From the IMG/VR virus record IMGVR_UViG_3300032167_000039: a stretch of DNA of 64,000 nt. One strand, 5' to 3'. The notes under the pieces are model-generated. The model was not told the origin of the DNA. It did not search any database and saw nothing but the letters and a program-made list of their open reading frames with translations. The stretch's first letter is position 1; each line of letters starts with the position of its first letter. Source of the stretch: a virus (Duplodnaviria; Caudoviricetes). Shown one piece after another: positions 11,125 to 21,994 of the stretch. A program made the translations under genes and the position numbers.

Positions 11125-11427
11125 ATGTTCGAAGCATTTATTAGTATGTCCACTGGCAATGTACTCGGAGCAATCGGAATCCTCGCAGCTATTGTCAGTA
11201 TAATTACTGAACTTTTTAAGAAAATCGTCCCCGAATCTTTCCCAACAAAAGCTTTAGTAATGATTATTTCTTTAGTTATTACTCTTGGCTTTGTATTGCT
11301 TTTCTGTACGATTAGTGTTAAAATGATTTTGCTTGGAATTGTTGGAAGTTTTGTTGTAGCTTTTATTTCAATGTATGGTTGGGATACTTTTAAGGAGATT
11401 ATTGCAAGATTTAAATATCCACTTTAA
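11125..11427 (+). CDS. Holin
   Basis: Three TM segments, directly after the endolysin. Confidence 0.7.
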   Translation: MFEAFISMSTGNVLGAIGILAAIVSIITELFKKIVPESFPTKALVMIISLVITLGFVLLFCTISVKMILLGIVGSFVVAFISMYGWDTFKEIIARFKYPL

Positions 11428-11445
11428 TAAAAGCGAGGTGAGATA

Positions 11446-13818
11446 ATGAATGATTTAATTTTTGAGAATGGTGACGACTTAAGATGGGAATCTGAAAATA
11501 TTTCTGAATTAATTGATAATGAATATTATGATAACATGTACCCTGATTCAGACAATTCTATTGCCTTAAAAAATCTATTAAATGGAGATGCACAAGGCAC
11601 CAAAGAAAAAGATTACTTAGATCCAACTCCATTTATAAATAAAAAGGGAATCAACTATCTTGCAGCGAGAGCTGATGAAATAAAAGTCGGTATTGACAAC
11701 ATGGATTATACGGGACAAGATAAGGAAAATGAAAGCGATATTTTAACTACAATTTTTAATCTTTTAATGCCTCGTTATGCAAGACGAGTTGAAGTTGAAG
11801 ATTTAAATAAAAATTTCTGGGTTATTGCCCAGACAATAGATGCCATCTTAAGTGCAATTTGGGGACATGATGGAATTATTGATATTATTCAAGAAATAAT
11901 AAAAAGACAAAATAATCTTTATCTTAAAATTAATGATATTGATTATACAGTAAAAAGCTTAGATCAAACTATTTGTTTATTGAGACCTAATTTTTCAAGC
12001 TATTTTGACGATGGAACATATTTTGATTTAAATGGAGACGGATTAATCGGTCAAGATGACATGTCTTTATTATTGGCAATAGGGGCAGACTTTGGAGCAT
12101 CAAATTTTGATCTATTAAAAGAAAAGGTAGATGATTTTGTTGATAAATATTTGGTAGAAACAGAGCAGGACTTTTGCCAACAAAATCCAGACACAGAAGA
12201 GACTTTTGTTGGAGAGTGGGGAATAAGAGATTATAATAATGAGAAGGAATTTAATAGTACCATTAGAAAAAGAACTAATTTTGATCAATTAAGAATTTCA
12301 AGTGGGAAATCTCTTTGTTTTATTCGACCAAGCGGCGAAAATTTTTGTTGTGGATTATACGCACCTGGTTATAAAGAAGTTAACTTAGATTTATCTTTTG
12401 ATGACGCGAAAGAAAAAGTCAAAGAAATTTTATTACATAAAGTAATTCAATTAAGCAAATTTTTTGAATTAAATGCAAATACAGTAAGCATTATAAAAAT
12501 AAAAATAGATAATTTCCCTATTGAAAATTATCCAAATCAAACAGAAAAAATTCAATATAATTATGAAAAATTTAGAGATTTTGGATTTTTATATGAAGAT
12601 ATAATTTCAAAAGAAAGTGACATATCTCTATCTCCGCAAAAGTTTGGAGAAAAATTAATTCATTTCTTTTATCATGATTTAAAAGACAATACTGTAAATG
12701 AAGGCGGATATGCATGGGAAAGATGTGTTTACACTTCTGGATACAATTATACTGAAGGTGTTATTAAAAATAGCTGGATAACGATCCCTCATGTCTGTGC
12801 TTATCAACCAAGAAGAGATAATGTAAAAATGTTGGTTGCAGCATTCTCTAATTTTGATGTCTTTTTTAATTTTATTAAAGAAGAAGATAAAAGAGAAGAA
12901 AGAATTTCTATTTTAAGACAGCTATTATTAAATACTGAAAAAAGAATTCCTTATATTCTTTTCTCTGAAGAGTCTTATAAAAATGAAGAAATAAAAGGGC
13001 TTGCTTTCTTAACAGAAATGGAAATGAATAGTTTTGTTGAAATTCTTTTAAATGAGATAGATATTTTATCAAGTGAAGATTTTTATCAAAAATATGTTGA
13101 TCAATATCTCACAGTTGGTTCTTCGAATCGTGAGTTTCCTGCCGCTAATATTAAAGTAACATATTGGGGCGGCATAGAAAAAAATAATTATTTTGAAATT
13201 ATGAGAATAATGTCAAGAAGAATTCATTTTAATATTGCCGATGATCTTAAAACAGCAAATATACAAAATTATTGCTATCCAACAGAAGGAAATGAAGGAG
13301 AGAATTATTATCTAAGATACGATATTAGAAGAATTGCTATTTATTATTGGTGCGATGACTTCAGAATAACAAAATGCAAGAATTATTTTGGCCCTTTCCG
13401 TCTAGATAATATTGCCCGTTTTAGAGGAGAGTATTATTATACATTAAATCCTTTCTTTGTGGAAAATGATTTGTGTAAAGAAGAAGAAAAGATTTATATA
13501 AATAGAGTTCATACTGCAAGACACAATGAAGAAGATGAATGGACTCAATGCTCAGAATTCTATACGGTACAATCAAAAATAGATGAAAAACTTAGTGGGA
13601 ATTTAGGCTCTCCTCATTGTGCAGATATTACAGACAACTATATTGTAGGAACAAACTGGGAGAATCCTGCATTGCTTTCTGTTTGTAAAATTAATTTCCG
13701 TGGTCATGAGCCAGGAATTACTTACACAACAGAAATAGAAAAAACTTGGTTTTTGAATGAAGATGAGGAAGATAATTTAGAGAGTGTATTTATTGAAGGA
13801 AGTAATCTCGCATGGTAA
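11446..13818 (+). CDS. Large hypothetical protein with a dockerin/EF-hand-like motif
   Basis: DLNGDGLIGQDDMSLL. Confidence 0.6.
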   Translation: MNDLIFENGDDLRWESENISELIDNEYYDNMYPDSDNSIALKNLLNGDAQGTKEKDYLDPTPFINKKGINYLAARADEIKVGIDNMDYTGQDKENESDILTTIFNLLMPRYARRVEVEDLNKNFWVIAQTIDAILSAIWGHDGIIDIIQEIIKRQNNLYLKINDIDYTVKSLDQTICLLRPNFSSYFDDGTYFDLNGDGLIGQDDMSLLLAIGADFGASNFDLLKEKVDDFVDKYLVETEQDFCQQNPDTEETFVGEWGIRDYNNEKEFNSTIRKRTNFDQLRISSGKSLCFIRPSGENFCCGLYAPGYKEVNLDLSFDDAKEKVKEILLHKVIQLSKFFELNANTVSIIKIKIDNFPIENYPNQTEKIQYNYEKFRDFGFLYEDIISKESDISLSPQKFGEKLIHFFYHDLKDNTVNEGGYAWERCVYTSGYNYTEGVIKNSWITIPHVCAYQPRRDNVKMLVAAFSNFDVFFNFIKEEDKREERISILRQLLLNTEKRIPYILFSEESYKNEEIKGLAFLTEMEMNSFVEILLNEIDILSSEDFYQKYVDQYLTVGSSNREFPAANIKVTYWGGIEKNNYFEIMRIMSRRIHFNIADDLKTANIQNYCYPTEGNEGENYYLRYDIRRIAIYYWCDDFRITKCKNYFGPFRLDNIARFRGEYYYTLNPFFVENDLCKEEEKIYINRVHTARHNEEDEWTQCSEFYTVQSKIDEKLSGNLGSPHCADITDNYIVGTNWENPALLSVCKINFRGHEPGITYTTEIEKTWFLNEDEEDNLESVFIEGSNLAW

Positions 13819-13822
13819 ATTA

Positions 13823-13870
13823 AAGTCAAGGCTCACTGCCTTGACTTTTCTTTTTCTTTATGATATACTA
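13823..13870 (+). terminator. Terminator hairpin fused to a sigmaA promoter
   Basis: aaagtcaagg-ctcactg-ccttgactttt; its TTGACT is the -35 of a TATACT promoter. Confidence 0.7.
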
Positions 13871-13934
13871 TTTATAGAAATTTTATAAGAAATACTGTAA
13901 ATAATGTTAGAAAATTTAATGGAGGTTAATAATA

Positions 13935-14267
13935 ATGGATAGAAAATTTATTTATATCATTACGGTTATGGAAAGATTTAATAAAGAAGTAAATTATAAA
14001 AATGATGTACTTAATGTTTCTACTGGATTTACAAGAATTCCCGTTTTATGCGAGTCATTAGAAATGGCCTTAGAAATTGTTGAAAATAACATGTGTGATA
14101 TTCAAGAACGATGTTATGATTTTGCTTGCATTGAAAAAATTGAATTAAATGAATTTTACCCATGTGTAGAAGAAACAATTCTTTTTAGATATGACCACAG
14201 AAAAGAAAGATTTTATCAAATCGATAAGACTGAATTTCCAACATATACTATATGTGATGTAGGTTGA
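13935..14267 (+). CDS. Hypothetical protein
   Basis: ORF with SD. Confidence 0.6.
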   Translation: MDRKFIYIITVMERFNKEVNYKNDVLNVSTGFTRIPVLCESLEMALEIVENNMCDIQERCYDFACIEKIELNEFYPCVEETILFRYDHRKERFYQIDKTEFPTYTICDVG

Positions 14268-14319
14268 CATGAATTTAATTTTATGTTATGATAGAAAAGT
14301 TGTTAAATAAATTGGAGGA

Positions 14320-16506
14320 ATGTATATGACTTTAAATACTCGGCAAAGGAAAGTTGTTGAAGCAACTGAGAACAAAATTTTATGCCTTGCGGCGGCGGGC
14401 AGCGGAAAATGTATTCCAAATTCAATAAAAATTCCAACACCAAAAGGATGGAAAAGAGTAGATGAAGTTAAAGTAGGAGATTATCTTTTTGATAAAGAAG
14501 GTAAGCCAACAAAAGTTGTGGGAGTATATCCTCAAGGAAAAAAAGAAGTTTATGAAATTACTTTTGGAGATGGGAGAAAAGCTAAATGCAGTATTGATCA
14601 TATTTGGAGCGTAAATCGAAAAACATGGAGAGATAGTCAACAATTTAAGAATTATACATTAAAAGAAATACTGGAGGATAAATGGCAAATTATAGATAAA
14701 CGAGGACATAAATTACATAATTTTTCAATTCCTTGTGCCAAAGCAATTAATTATGAAAATGATAAAAAATTAAAAGTAAACCCTTATTTATTTGGAATCT
14801 TTTTAGGAGATGGATGTTGTCGAGATCAAGCCTTAACACTCTCATCCAATGATAAAGAACTTGTAATAAAAATCCAAAAAATACTTAATAGTCCACAAGT
14901 TTACAAAAATCAATCTAATTATAGTTGGACATTTTATAAAGAGGATGGGCATAGATTCTCTACAAAAGAGGTTTTAGGAGAATATGAAAAATTTATTTGC
15001 TGCTATTGTTATGAAAAATCAATTCCCGATGATTTTAAATACTCTTCTATAAAAGACAGGTATGAATTAATTCAAGGACTTATGGATACAGATGGTTCTA
15101 TTATTAGAGCGGATGGTAGATATCATGTAAGTTTTACAACTACAAGCTCCAAATTAAGAGATGATTTTATTGAAGTGATGGGATCTTTAGGATATGTGTG
15201 TACTTACAGAACAGATAAGAGAAGCGATAAATATACTCATGGAGAAGCATATGAAGTAAAAATAAATATTCCTAATGCGGAAAAGTATAAACTATTCTCT
15301 CTTTCAAGAAAAAAAGAAATTGCTTTGGAATGCAAAGATAAAAAACAAAATCGAAAATATGATAGAACAACAATAATTAATATAGAAAAACTTAATTATA
15401 AAGAGGAAATGACTTGTTTTTATGTTGATAATGAGGAACATTTATTCCTTATGAATGATTTTATTGTTACTCATAATACAACTGTTTTAACAGAAAGAGT
15501 TCGTTATTTAATCGAAAAGCGCAATGTTCCTCCAGAAGAAATCTGTGCAATAAGTTTCACCAACATGGCGGCAGATGAAATGAAAAAGCGATTAGGCAAT
15601 ATTGCTATTGGAGCTTTTATTGGCACAATTCATAGCCTTGCCAATAATACTTGTATTGCAAATGGAATTAGTACTGAAAAATATATTGCTGATACTGAAT
15701 TTGATATGATTCTTCGAAAGGCATTAACAATTCCAAAGGGAAGATATCCTAAATTTACCCATCTCCTCATTGATGAGTTTCAGGATACTGGTCAGCTTGA
15801 GTATAGTTTTATTGAAAGAATACCTACTAAAAATTTCTTTGTAGTTGCGGATGAGCGCCAAGCAATATATGGGTTTAAGGGCGCATCAGATATTTATGTA
15901 AGAAATCTATATCACGATGCTTTTTGTAAGGTATATTACCTAAATCAAAATTATCGTTGTGCGCCGAACATCATTTCCTATGCAGATAGTCTTATTGCTT
16001 CAATGGATAAACTAAGTCCAAAAACCGAAGCTATCAAAACAAAAGATGGCTATGTTAGTGAACATTCTACATTTGTAGATGCTCTTGATGAACTTGAATG
16101 GTCTCAGGATTGGGGTAATTGGTTTGTTCTTACAAGAACAAATAATGAACTTGCAACTGCAATGACTAAGCTTGAAGAGAGGAATATCCCTTATATTTCT
16201 TTTAAAAAGGGAGACCTTGATTTAATTGAAATGGAAGCTCTCCTTAAAGATAATCGAGTGAAGGTTTTAACAATCCATACTGCTAAGGGTTTGGAAAATA
16301 AGAATGTTATTGTTACTGGAGCAAGACTTTATAACGAAGAGGAAAGAAAAATTGCATATGTTGCCGCAACAAGAGCAGAACAGTCTCTTTATTGGTGTCC
16401 TTCTATCTGCCGCCGTGGCAAGGTTGGAAGACCAGATAACAGAGATGATGCAGATGCAGGAAAGGTATTTGAAAAAGCCGCCAAGAATATGATTTCTTTT
16501 GGGTGA
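14320..16506 (+). CDS. UvrD/Rep-family SF1 helicase containing an intein
   Basis: AAAGSGK|T, LLIDEFQD, QAIYGFKGA, QNYR, TIHTAKGLE and YVAATRA motifs. Confidence 0.92.
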   Translation: MYMTLNTRQRKVVEATENKILCLAAAGSGKCIPNSIKIPTPKGWKRVDEVKVGDYLFDKEGKPTKVVGVYPQGKKEVYEITFGDGRKAKCSIDHIWSVNRKTWRDSQQFKNYTLKEILEDKWQIIDKRGHKLHNFSIPCAKAINYENDKKLKVNPYLFGIFLGDGCCRDQALTLSSNDKELVIKIQKILNSPQVYKNQSNYSWTFYKEDGHRFSTKEVLGEYEKFICCYCYEKSIPDDFKYSSIKDRYELIQGLMDTDGSIIRADGRYHVSFTTTSSKLRDDFIEVMGSLGYVCTYRTDKRSDKYTHGEAYEVKINIPNAEKYKLFSLSRKKEIALECKDKKQNRKYDRTTIINIEKLNYKEEMTCFYVDNEEHLFLMNDFIVTHNTTVLTERVRYLIEKRNVPPEEICAISFTNMAADEMKKRLGNIAIGAFIGTIHSLANNTCIANGISTEKYIADTEFDMILRKALTIPKGRYPKFTHLLIDEFQDTGQLEYSFIERIPTKNFFVVADERQAIYGFKGASDIYVRNLYHDAFCKVYYLNQNYRCAPNIISYADSLIASMDKLSPKTEAIKTKDGYVSEHSTFVDALDELEWSQDWGNWFVLTRTNNELATAMTKLEERNIPYISFKKGDLDLIEMEALLKDNRVKVLTIHTAKGLENKNVIVTGARLYNEEERKIAYVAATRAEQSLYWCPSICRRGKVGRPDNRDDADAGKVFEKAAKNMISFG
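14410..15477 (+). mobile_element. Intein (356 aa) with LAGLIDADG endonuclease in the Walker A motif
   Basis: Starts GK|CIPN, ends VTHN|T; LFGIFLGDG and LIQGLMDTDG motifs. Confidence 0.93.
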
Positions 16507-16511
16507 TTTAG

Positions 16512-17006
16512 TTGGATAGAGTGGAGATTTATAATAATGGAGAAATCAAAGTAGAAGTTGAAGGATGGTTTCACAGATACTTAAAATCAGTTGTAATTAG
16601 AACGGTTAAACTTTCTCAAGTTCAATACCGTTTTCTATTGGAAATTGCTCTGGATAAATTAAAAGAGCAAGATATTGATTATAAGGGCTGTGTACTAAAA
16701 GCTTCATCGAGCGCGCCCATACTTGAACACTATAAAATACTGTCTTTAATTGAGCCATTTAATATTTTTGAATTTGCATTGACAACAATGGTTTCATTAG
16801 AAGATTGGGATTGTCTCGATGAACTAACTGGTCTAATAACACAACACTATAAAGAAGAAGATATTCCTTTTTATTTGGAATTCTTTAAAAAACCAGTTTA
16901 TAACATAGATGGTTTTATTGCAGCGAAATACGGCGGCGAGCTATTAATTTCTTTCTTTAAACTGGATGATGAAGAAAGAGAGGAAAATATTAGAGATATT
17001 AATTAA
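16512..17006 (+). CDS. Hypothetical protein
   Basis: ORF coupled to the helicase. Confidence 0.55.
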   Translation: MDRVEIYNNGEIKVEVEGWFHRYLKSVVIRTVKLSQVQYRFLLEIALDKLKEQDIDYKGCVLKASSSAPILEHYKILSLIEPFNIFEFALTTMVSLEDWDCLDELTGLITQHYKEEDIPFYLEFFKKPVYNIDGFIAAKYGGELLISFFKLDDEEREENIRDIN

Positions 17007-17134
17007 AAATTCTACTTAATAATATTGGAGGCTATTTTATGTTTACATCTAAAAAGAGCTAATTGCTCTTTTAAATAACAGTAATTCCGAATTTTGAAAA
17101 ACCAGTAATGGCGTATTAAAAGGAGGAAATAAAA

Positions 17135-18049
17135 ATGAATTCAAAAACAAAGAAGATTACAACTCTTGTTGTTTCTACTGTTGCAGTAATTGCTACTGTA
17201 GTTATACTTCTGATTGGTGCCCCTGCTTACTCAACAGGAGAGACAGTTGAAACAACAAATTCTGTTGCCACCACAACAGAAACAATGACAACACAGACAA
17301 TGACAGAAACAACTACATCGACGGCAGAAATCACAACTGCAACAACAGAGACAACTACAACAGTAGAAACGACCACTGAAACAACAGAGGTTGTAACAAC
17401 AAAACAAACTACAACTTTTATTGTAGAAACACAAAACCCAACTACTGAAGCGGCCTTAATTACAACCGAACCTGTAGTTACTACGACTACTACAACAACT
17501 ACAATTCCTGTAATTATAGAAGAATATGTAATATATAAGCCCGCAACGCATTATATTCATATTAATACTTGTCGTTGGGCGGCGAGTGGTGATATCTATA
17601 GAATTGAAAATACAGAAGGTATAGAAGCAAGAAGATGCTCTGAATGTAATCCCTCTATGGAAATTATCACAGAATATATTGAACCAGTTCCTGAGCCTGG
17701 GGAGCTTACTTATATAAAGCATTTCACAAGAGGAACTTATTATGCCTATGGTGGGCCAAGAAAAGGTGGCTCACAGAGGCAGTTAATTGATTGTTCTATT
17801 GGTGACGGAACAGTCAAAGGTTCAATAGCAAGTAGTTACCTTTATCGAAATTATGGGTATAACTACAATGGAAAACGCACTATGGTCTATTTGGAAATCA
17901 ATGGCTATCCACAGATGAATGGATATTACTATCTTGATGACTGTGATGCCGGCAATCCTAATGTAATTGACTTTTTCTTTCTTTATGGAAGTAATTGTCC
18001 TTTCCAGAGACAGGGTGTCGTACAAGTTGATTGTTATATAGTAAATTGA
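17135..18049 (+). CDS. Membrane-anchored Thr-rich protein with a C-terminal 3D-domain-like region
   Basis: N-terminal TM, Thr-rich linker, YYLDDCDAG..VIDFF. Confidence 0.6.
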   Translation: MNSKTKKITTLVVSTVAVIATVVILLIGAPAYSTGETVETTNSVATTTETMTTQTMTETTTSTAEITTATTETTTTVETTTETTEVVTTKQTTTFIVETQNPTTEAALITTEPVVTTTTTTTTIPVIIEEYVIYKPATHYIHINTCRWAASGDIYRIENTEGIEARRCSECNPSMEIITEYIEPVPEPGELTYIKHFTRGTYYAYGGPRKGGSQRQLIDCSIGDGTVKGSIASSYLYRNYGYNYNGKRTMVYLEINGYPQMNGYYYLDDCDAGNPNVIDFFFLYGSNCPFQRQGVVQVDCYIVN

Positions 18050-18151
18050 TTGAATTACTTATGACAACGATAAACGATTGAGCTTGGCAAACTCAATTTT
18101 GAGCAACCCAACTTTAAGAGTTGAAAATAGGCATAAGGAATTACTGTTAAT

Positions 18152-18187
18152 AAAAGGCACAGGCAATATAGTCTGTGCCTTATTTTA
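18152..18187 (+). terminator. Intrinsic terminator
   Basis: aaggcacaggc-aata-tagtctgtgcctt plus T-rich tail. Confidence 0.7.
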
Positions 18188-18238
18188 TTGACATTTTTAT
18201 GGGATTATGATATAATATTCTTATAAAGGAGGGAGAAT

Positions 18239-18745
18239 ATGAGTTATTATGTAATTGCAGATACGAAATTTAATGATAATATTACCGCGGCGCGATTAAA
18301 GATTTCTCTTGAAGACTATAACAAAATGTTGATTGAGAGATGGAATTCTATAATTACAAAAGATGATAGTATTTTTGTCTTTGGAGTTTTTGGTGTTGGG
18401 CTTGGTAAGGAATTAAAATCTATAATTGAACAATTAAATGGTGTAATTTATATTGTAAACTACATGGAAAATAAAATCTTTGACAGAGATAGATGGAAGA
18501 GACTTGGAATTCATGCAATATGGGACTGTAACTTTACTTACCCTATTGACAATGATAAAATATTCTTTCCTGCCGCCAAAAATTGTAGTGATGAAACTTG
18601 TAAATACAGAATTTTGACAGAAAAAGATGGGGCGGCGGAAGTTTATAAAGATAATAAACTTTCAATTGAAGCAAAATATTGGAATTATAAACCAATTTTA
18701 TTAAAGAATATTCCACTTATTATTAAAGAAAGGGAGGAAAATTAA
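18239..18745 (+). CDS. Degenerate metallophosphoesterase-fold protein
   Basis: YVIADTKF..LIERWNSII..DDSIFVFG; metal ligands missing. Confidence 0.55.
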   Translation: MSYYVIADTKFNDNITAARLKISLEDYNKMLIERWNSIITKDDSIFVFGVFGVGLGKELKSIIEQLNGVIYIVNYMENKIFDRDRWKRLGIHAIWDCNFTYPIDNDKIFFPAAKNCSDETCKYRILTEKDGAAEVYKDNKLSIEAKYWNYKPILLKNIPLIIKEREEN

Positions 18746-18746
18746 A

Positions 18747-19454
18747 ATGAAAGTAGAACTTATTTCATGGACAAATAATCCTATAGAAACAGTTGAAAAA
18801 GCATGCTCTGTATGTTATGATTCAACACCCGATAGAAAAATTGTAAGTCAATGTTTAGCATCAGGGCATCATTCTGTTGTTGAGCATATGAATTTTACTT
18901 TTAAGATCGAGGGCGTATCGAGAGTTTTAACTCATCAATTAGTACGCCATAGGATCGCTTCATATTCTCAACGTAGTCAACGTTATTGTAGTGAAGAGGG
19001 GGCAAAAATGGTAGTACCACCTTCTATTGAGCAAAATGATGTTGCACTAGATATTTACAACAAGATTATGTGGAGAATTGAAGAAGCATATAAAGATCTT
19101 CAGGCGCTGGAAATTCCCAATGAAGATGCTCGTTTTGTTTTACCTAATGCTTGTGAAACTACTATTTATATGACTATGAATCTTAGAACTCTTGCTCATT
19201 TTATGAATGAAAGACTTTGTACTAGAGCACAATGGGAAATTCGTAAAATGGCACAAGAAATGAAGAAAGCAATTAAAGAAAAACAATTTGAGATGCATCT
19301 CGATGATTTAGATATGGAATTAATTATGAGTGTTTGCGTCCCAAAATGTGAAGCTGGTAAGATTAAGTTCTGTCCTGAACATAAGAGCTGTGGGAGACAA
19401 AAAACAGCACAAGAAATTAAGAATGTACTTCAGGCCTATTCAGTACTTAATTAA
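18747..19454 (+). CDS. thyX: FAD-dependent thymidylate synthase
   Basis: GHHSVVEH, RHRIASYSQRSQRY, EDARFVLPNA, RAQWEIR. Confidence 0.96.
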   Translation: MKVELISWTNNPIETVEKACSVCYDSTPDRKIVSQCLASGHHSVVEHMNFTFKIEGVSRVLTHQLVRHRIASYSQRSQRYCSEEGAKMVVPPSIEQNDVALDIYNKIMWRIEEAYKDLQALEIPNEDARFVLPNACETTIYMTMNLRTLAHFMNERLCTRAQWEIRKMAQEMKKAIKEKQFEMHLDDLDMELIMSVCVPKCEAGKIKFCPEHKSCGRQKTAQEIKNVLQAYSVLN

Positions 19455-19469
19455 GGGAGGAATAAGTGA

Positions 19470-20003
19470 ATGTTAGTTGCAGCACAATTATATCAACAAG
19501 AACTCCAGCAAAAACTTCGAGCAACTTGGTATGATCTTAAATACCAATATTTCTGGCAAGGTGGTTGTGAAGACATTGATATTCCAAATAATAATTATTG
19601 GAAGAAGCAATTCGCCTTTCTTGATAATGAAGGAAATGTAACTGGATATTTTAGTTACAATTACTGTGCAGAGGCAAATTCAATTAATAATTTTGGATTA
19701 ATTAGTTTCATTGACTATAATCCTCGCTTCATTCGATCTGTAATTAAGCATCTTGAAAATATACTGTCTCAAGGACATATAAATCGAATTGAATTTTTTG
19801 CCTATGAAGACGGACCTGCAAACAAAGGCTATAAAAAATTGGTTAAGAAGTTTGGCGGCAAACAGGTTGGAAAACTAACAAAAAATTCAAGATTGCTTGA
19901 TGGTAAGCTTCATGACACTATTATCTATGAGATCCTTAGAGAAGATTATCTAAAAAAGAATTGGCCTAAGTGTGACGGCTGGCGGCGGGAGGCAAGTGAA
20001 TGA
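19470..20003 (+). CDS. GNAT (RimJ/RimL-like) acetyltransferase
   Basis: KKFGGKQVG...DGKLHD..IYEILREDY. Confidence 0.7.
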   Translation: MLVAAQLYQQELQQKLRATWYDLKYQYFWQGGCEDIDIPNNNYWKKQFAFLDNEGNVTGYFSYNYCAEANSINNFGLISFIDYNPRFIRSVIKHLENILSQGHINRIEFFAYEDGPANKGYKKLVKKFGGKQVGKLTKNSRLLDGKLHDTIIYEILREDYLKKNWPKCDGWRREASE

Positions 20004-21037
20004 CATATATCTGTATTATTTTAGGAGTATTATTACTCACTGCCATAGGTTATATAGTATATCTACTTAAACCGCCGAGTAAGCAAGGACTTTATGAAGA
20101 AGAATTTCAGAGGGCGGCGCACGAGATTGAAGAAAGATTGAGAAAAGAAAGAGAAGAACAAGTCAATTTTCAATCAGAACAAATTCGTCAAGAGATTCAT
20201 AATATGGAAATAATGCTTGAAGAAAAGGCAAAAACATATAAGCAAACTCAAAATGAATGGTTACAGCAAGTTCAAAGTCTTAAAGAGTCATATGAGAGAC
20301 AGCGAGAAGAGATTACTTCTTCTATTAAGGAACACACTTTAAAAGAACAGCAAGTAATGACTGAAAAGCTTTTACAAAAGCAGCAAGAGATTGAGAAAGA
20401 AGTTCGTATATTAGATGATAAGTACAATCTTACTGTTATAGACTATGAGAATAAAATGTTTGATATTCGCTGTAAATTTGAGACGGAAGAGCAAGACTTA
20501 AATTCTCAAATCGTCCAGAAGAGAAATGAAATTAACGCTCTTATTGAACAATTTAAGAAAGATGAAGAAGCTCGCAAAGAAGCAGATTTCTATCGTATTC
20601 CAATAACTCCTGCCGCCCAAAATGACATTAATAAATTGAAAGGCGTGGCGGCGCAATTAAATAATCCAGCAACATTATATAAGTTGATTTGGAAGGAGTA
20701 CTATGAGAATGGATTTAATGCTATGATTGGTAGAGTTTTGGGGGAAGATAAAGATTCAATTGGAATTTATAAGATTACAAACATCAAAAATCAAATGTGT
20801 TATATCGGACAAACAAAAGCGGGTTTTAAAAATCGTTGGAGAACTCATGCCAAACGTGCTGTAAAAGCAGAAGATGGAACTTCTAATCGTCTTTATCAAG
20901 ACATGTGGGAGAATGGATTGGAAAATTATACCTTCCAAATTATTGAGAAATGTACGACTGATAAATTAACTGAACGAGAAAAATTCTATATTGACTTCTT
21001 CAATTCGAAGGAATGGGGCTTTAATTCTAAAACTTAA
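20000..21037 (+). CDS. TM/coiled-coil protein with C-terminal GIY-YIG nuclease
   Basis: GIYKITN..CYIGQT..RWRTH..EREKFYI. Confidence 0.85.
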   Translation: MTYICIILGVLLLTAIGYIVYLLKPPSKQGLYEEEFQRAAHEIEERLRKEREEQVNFQSEQIRQEIHNMEIMLEEKAKTYKQTQNEWLQQVQSLKESYERQREEITSSIKEHTLKEQQVMTEKLLQKQQEIEKEVRILDDKYNLTVIDYENKMFDIRCKFETEEQDLNSQIVQKRNEINALIEQFKKDEEARKEADFYRIPITPAAQNDINKLKGVAAQLNNPATLYKLIWKEYYENGFNAMIGRVLGEDKDSIGIYKITNIKNQMCYIGQTKAGFKNRWRTHAKRAVKAEDGTSNRLYQDMWENGLENYTFQIIEKCTTDKLTEREKFYIDFFNSKEWGFNSKT

Positions 21038-21129
21038 TTTCTAAAAGAATTGATGCTGCGGCGCGCCGCGGCATCAAGCGGTTTTTGGGCTACCTTTTTG
21101 CCGTTTCAAAAACGGTAGCAATAACTTAA

Positions 21130-21240
21130 AATACCCATTATTAACAAACCGAGATACCCGATTTTAACAATCCGATATATCCACTATTAACAAACCGGAA
21201 TACCCGTTATTAACAACCGAGATACCCGATTTTAACAACG
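21130..21240 (+). repeat. Five ~23-bp iteron-like direct repeats
   Basis: ATACCCGATTTTAACAA(A)CCGAG-like unit x5. Confidence 0.85.
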
Positions 21241-21343
21241 CAAGTTTTAAAATAAAAATTACCAACGCAATTTTTTAGAATATTTTAACAAAAATTTCAC
21301 TTTATTTATGAGGCGACGAGCCATAATACTTTGAGGTGATATA

Positions 21344-21994
21344 ATGAATAATATATTAAAGAAAATTCCTTTTAGAACGGAGGAGTACATTTTGGAAAAA
21401 TTAGCTTATAATGATTGTGTTTATGCTTGGCTTTTGTTACATTCGCATTATAATGAAACAGAATCGCATAATTATATTTACAAAGAAGAGATTAATTTCA
21501 GTAAAATAGCAACATCTATACATCGTTCAAGGCAAACTGTTTCAAAAAGATTTAAAAAATTAATTGAAGATAAGATTATTCAAGAATATTTATATAATGG
21601 TAAATTTGTTTATAAATTACCATACTTCAGAGATTTTGAAGAGCTACATGGGCAGACTGTATTTCAACTTCTTTGTCTTCCCGTAGATAAGCAAAAAGAA
21701 GAGTTAATAAAAACTTACGCTTGGCTTTTAAGAAAAAAGAGAATTTCTGAAAAAGAGGGTAAACATAATTTTACCACTTCTTCTAAAGAGGCTTTAGAGA
21801 CTTTTGGGCATTCTGCATCTCATAGTAAACAATATGAAAATATGAGAGCAATATTCACTATTTTACAAGGTGCTGGAATTATTAAGTTTAAAACAACTTC
21901 TTTTGAGAAGAGAGAAGATGGAACTATTCTACCACCACAGATGATTGTATATGAAGTAAATGATAAGGCATCAGATGAATGGTTGGAGAAATAG
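21344..21994 (+). CDS. Winged-helix DNA-binding protein (initiator/regulator-like)
   Basis: SKIATSIHRSRQTVSKRFKKLIE HTH. Confidence 0.7.
   Translation: MNNILKKIPFRTEEYILEKLAYNDCVYAWLLLHSHYNETESHNYIYKEEINFSKIATSIHRSRQTVSKRFKKLIEDKIIQEYLYNGKFVYKLPYFRDFEELHGQTVFQLLCLPVDKQKEELIKTYAWLLRKKRISEKEGKHNFTTSSKEALETFGHSASHSKQYENMRAIFTILQGAGIIKFKTTSFEKREDGTILPPQMIVYEVNDKASDEWLEK

Noticed and set aside
21130-21240. CRISPR array
   Set aside because: Repeats are contiguous with no unique spacers; no cas genes in the window
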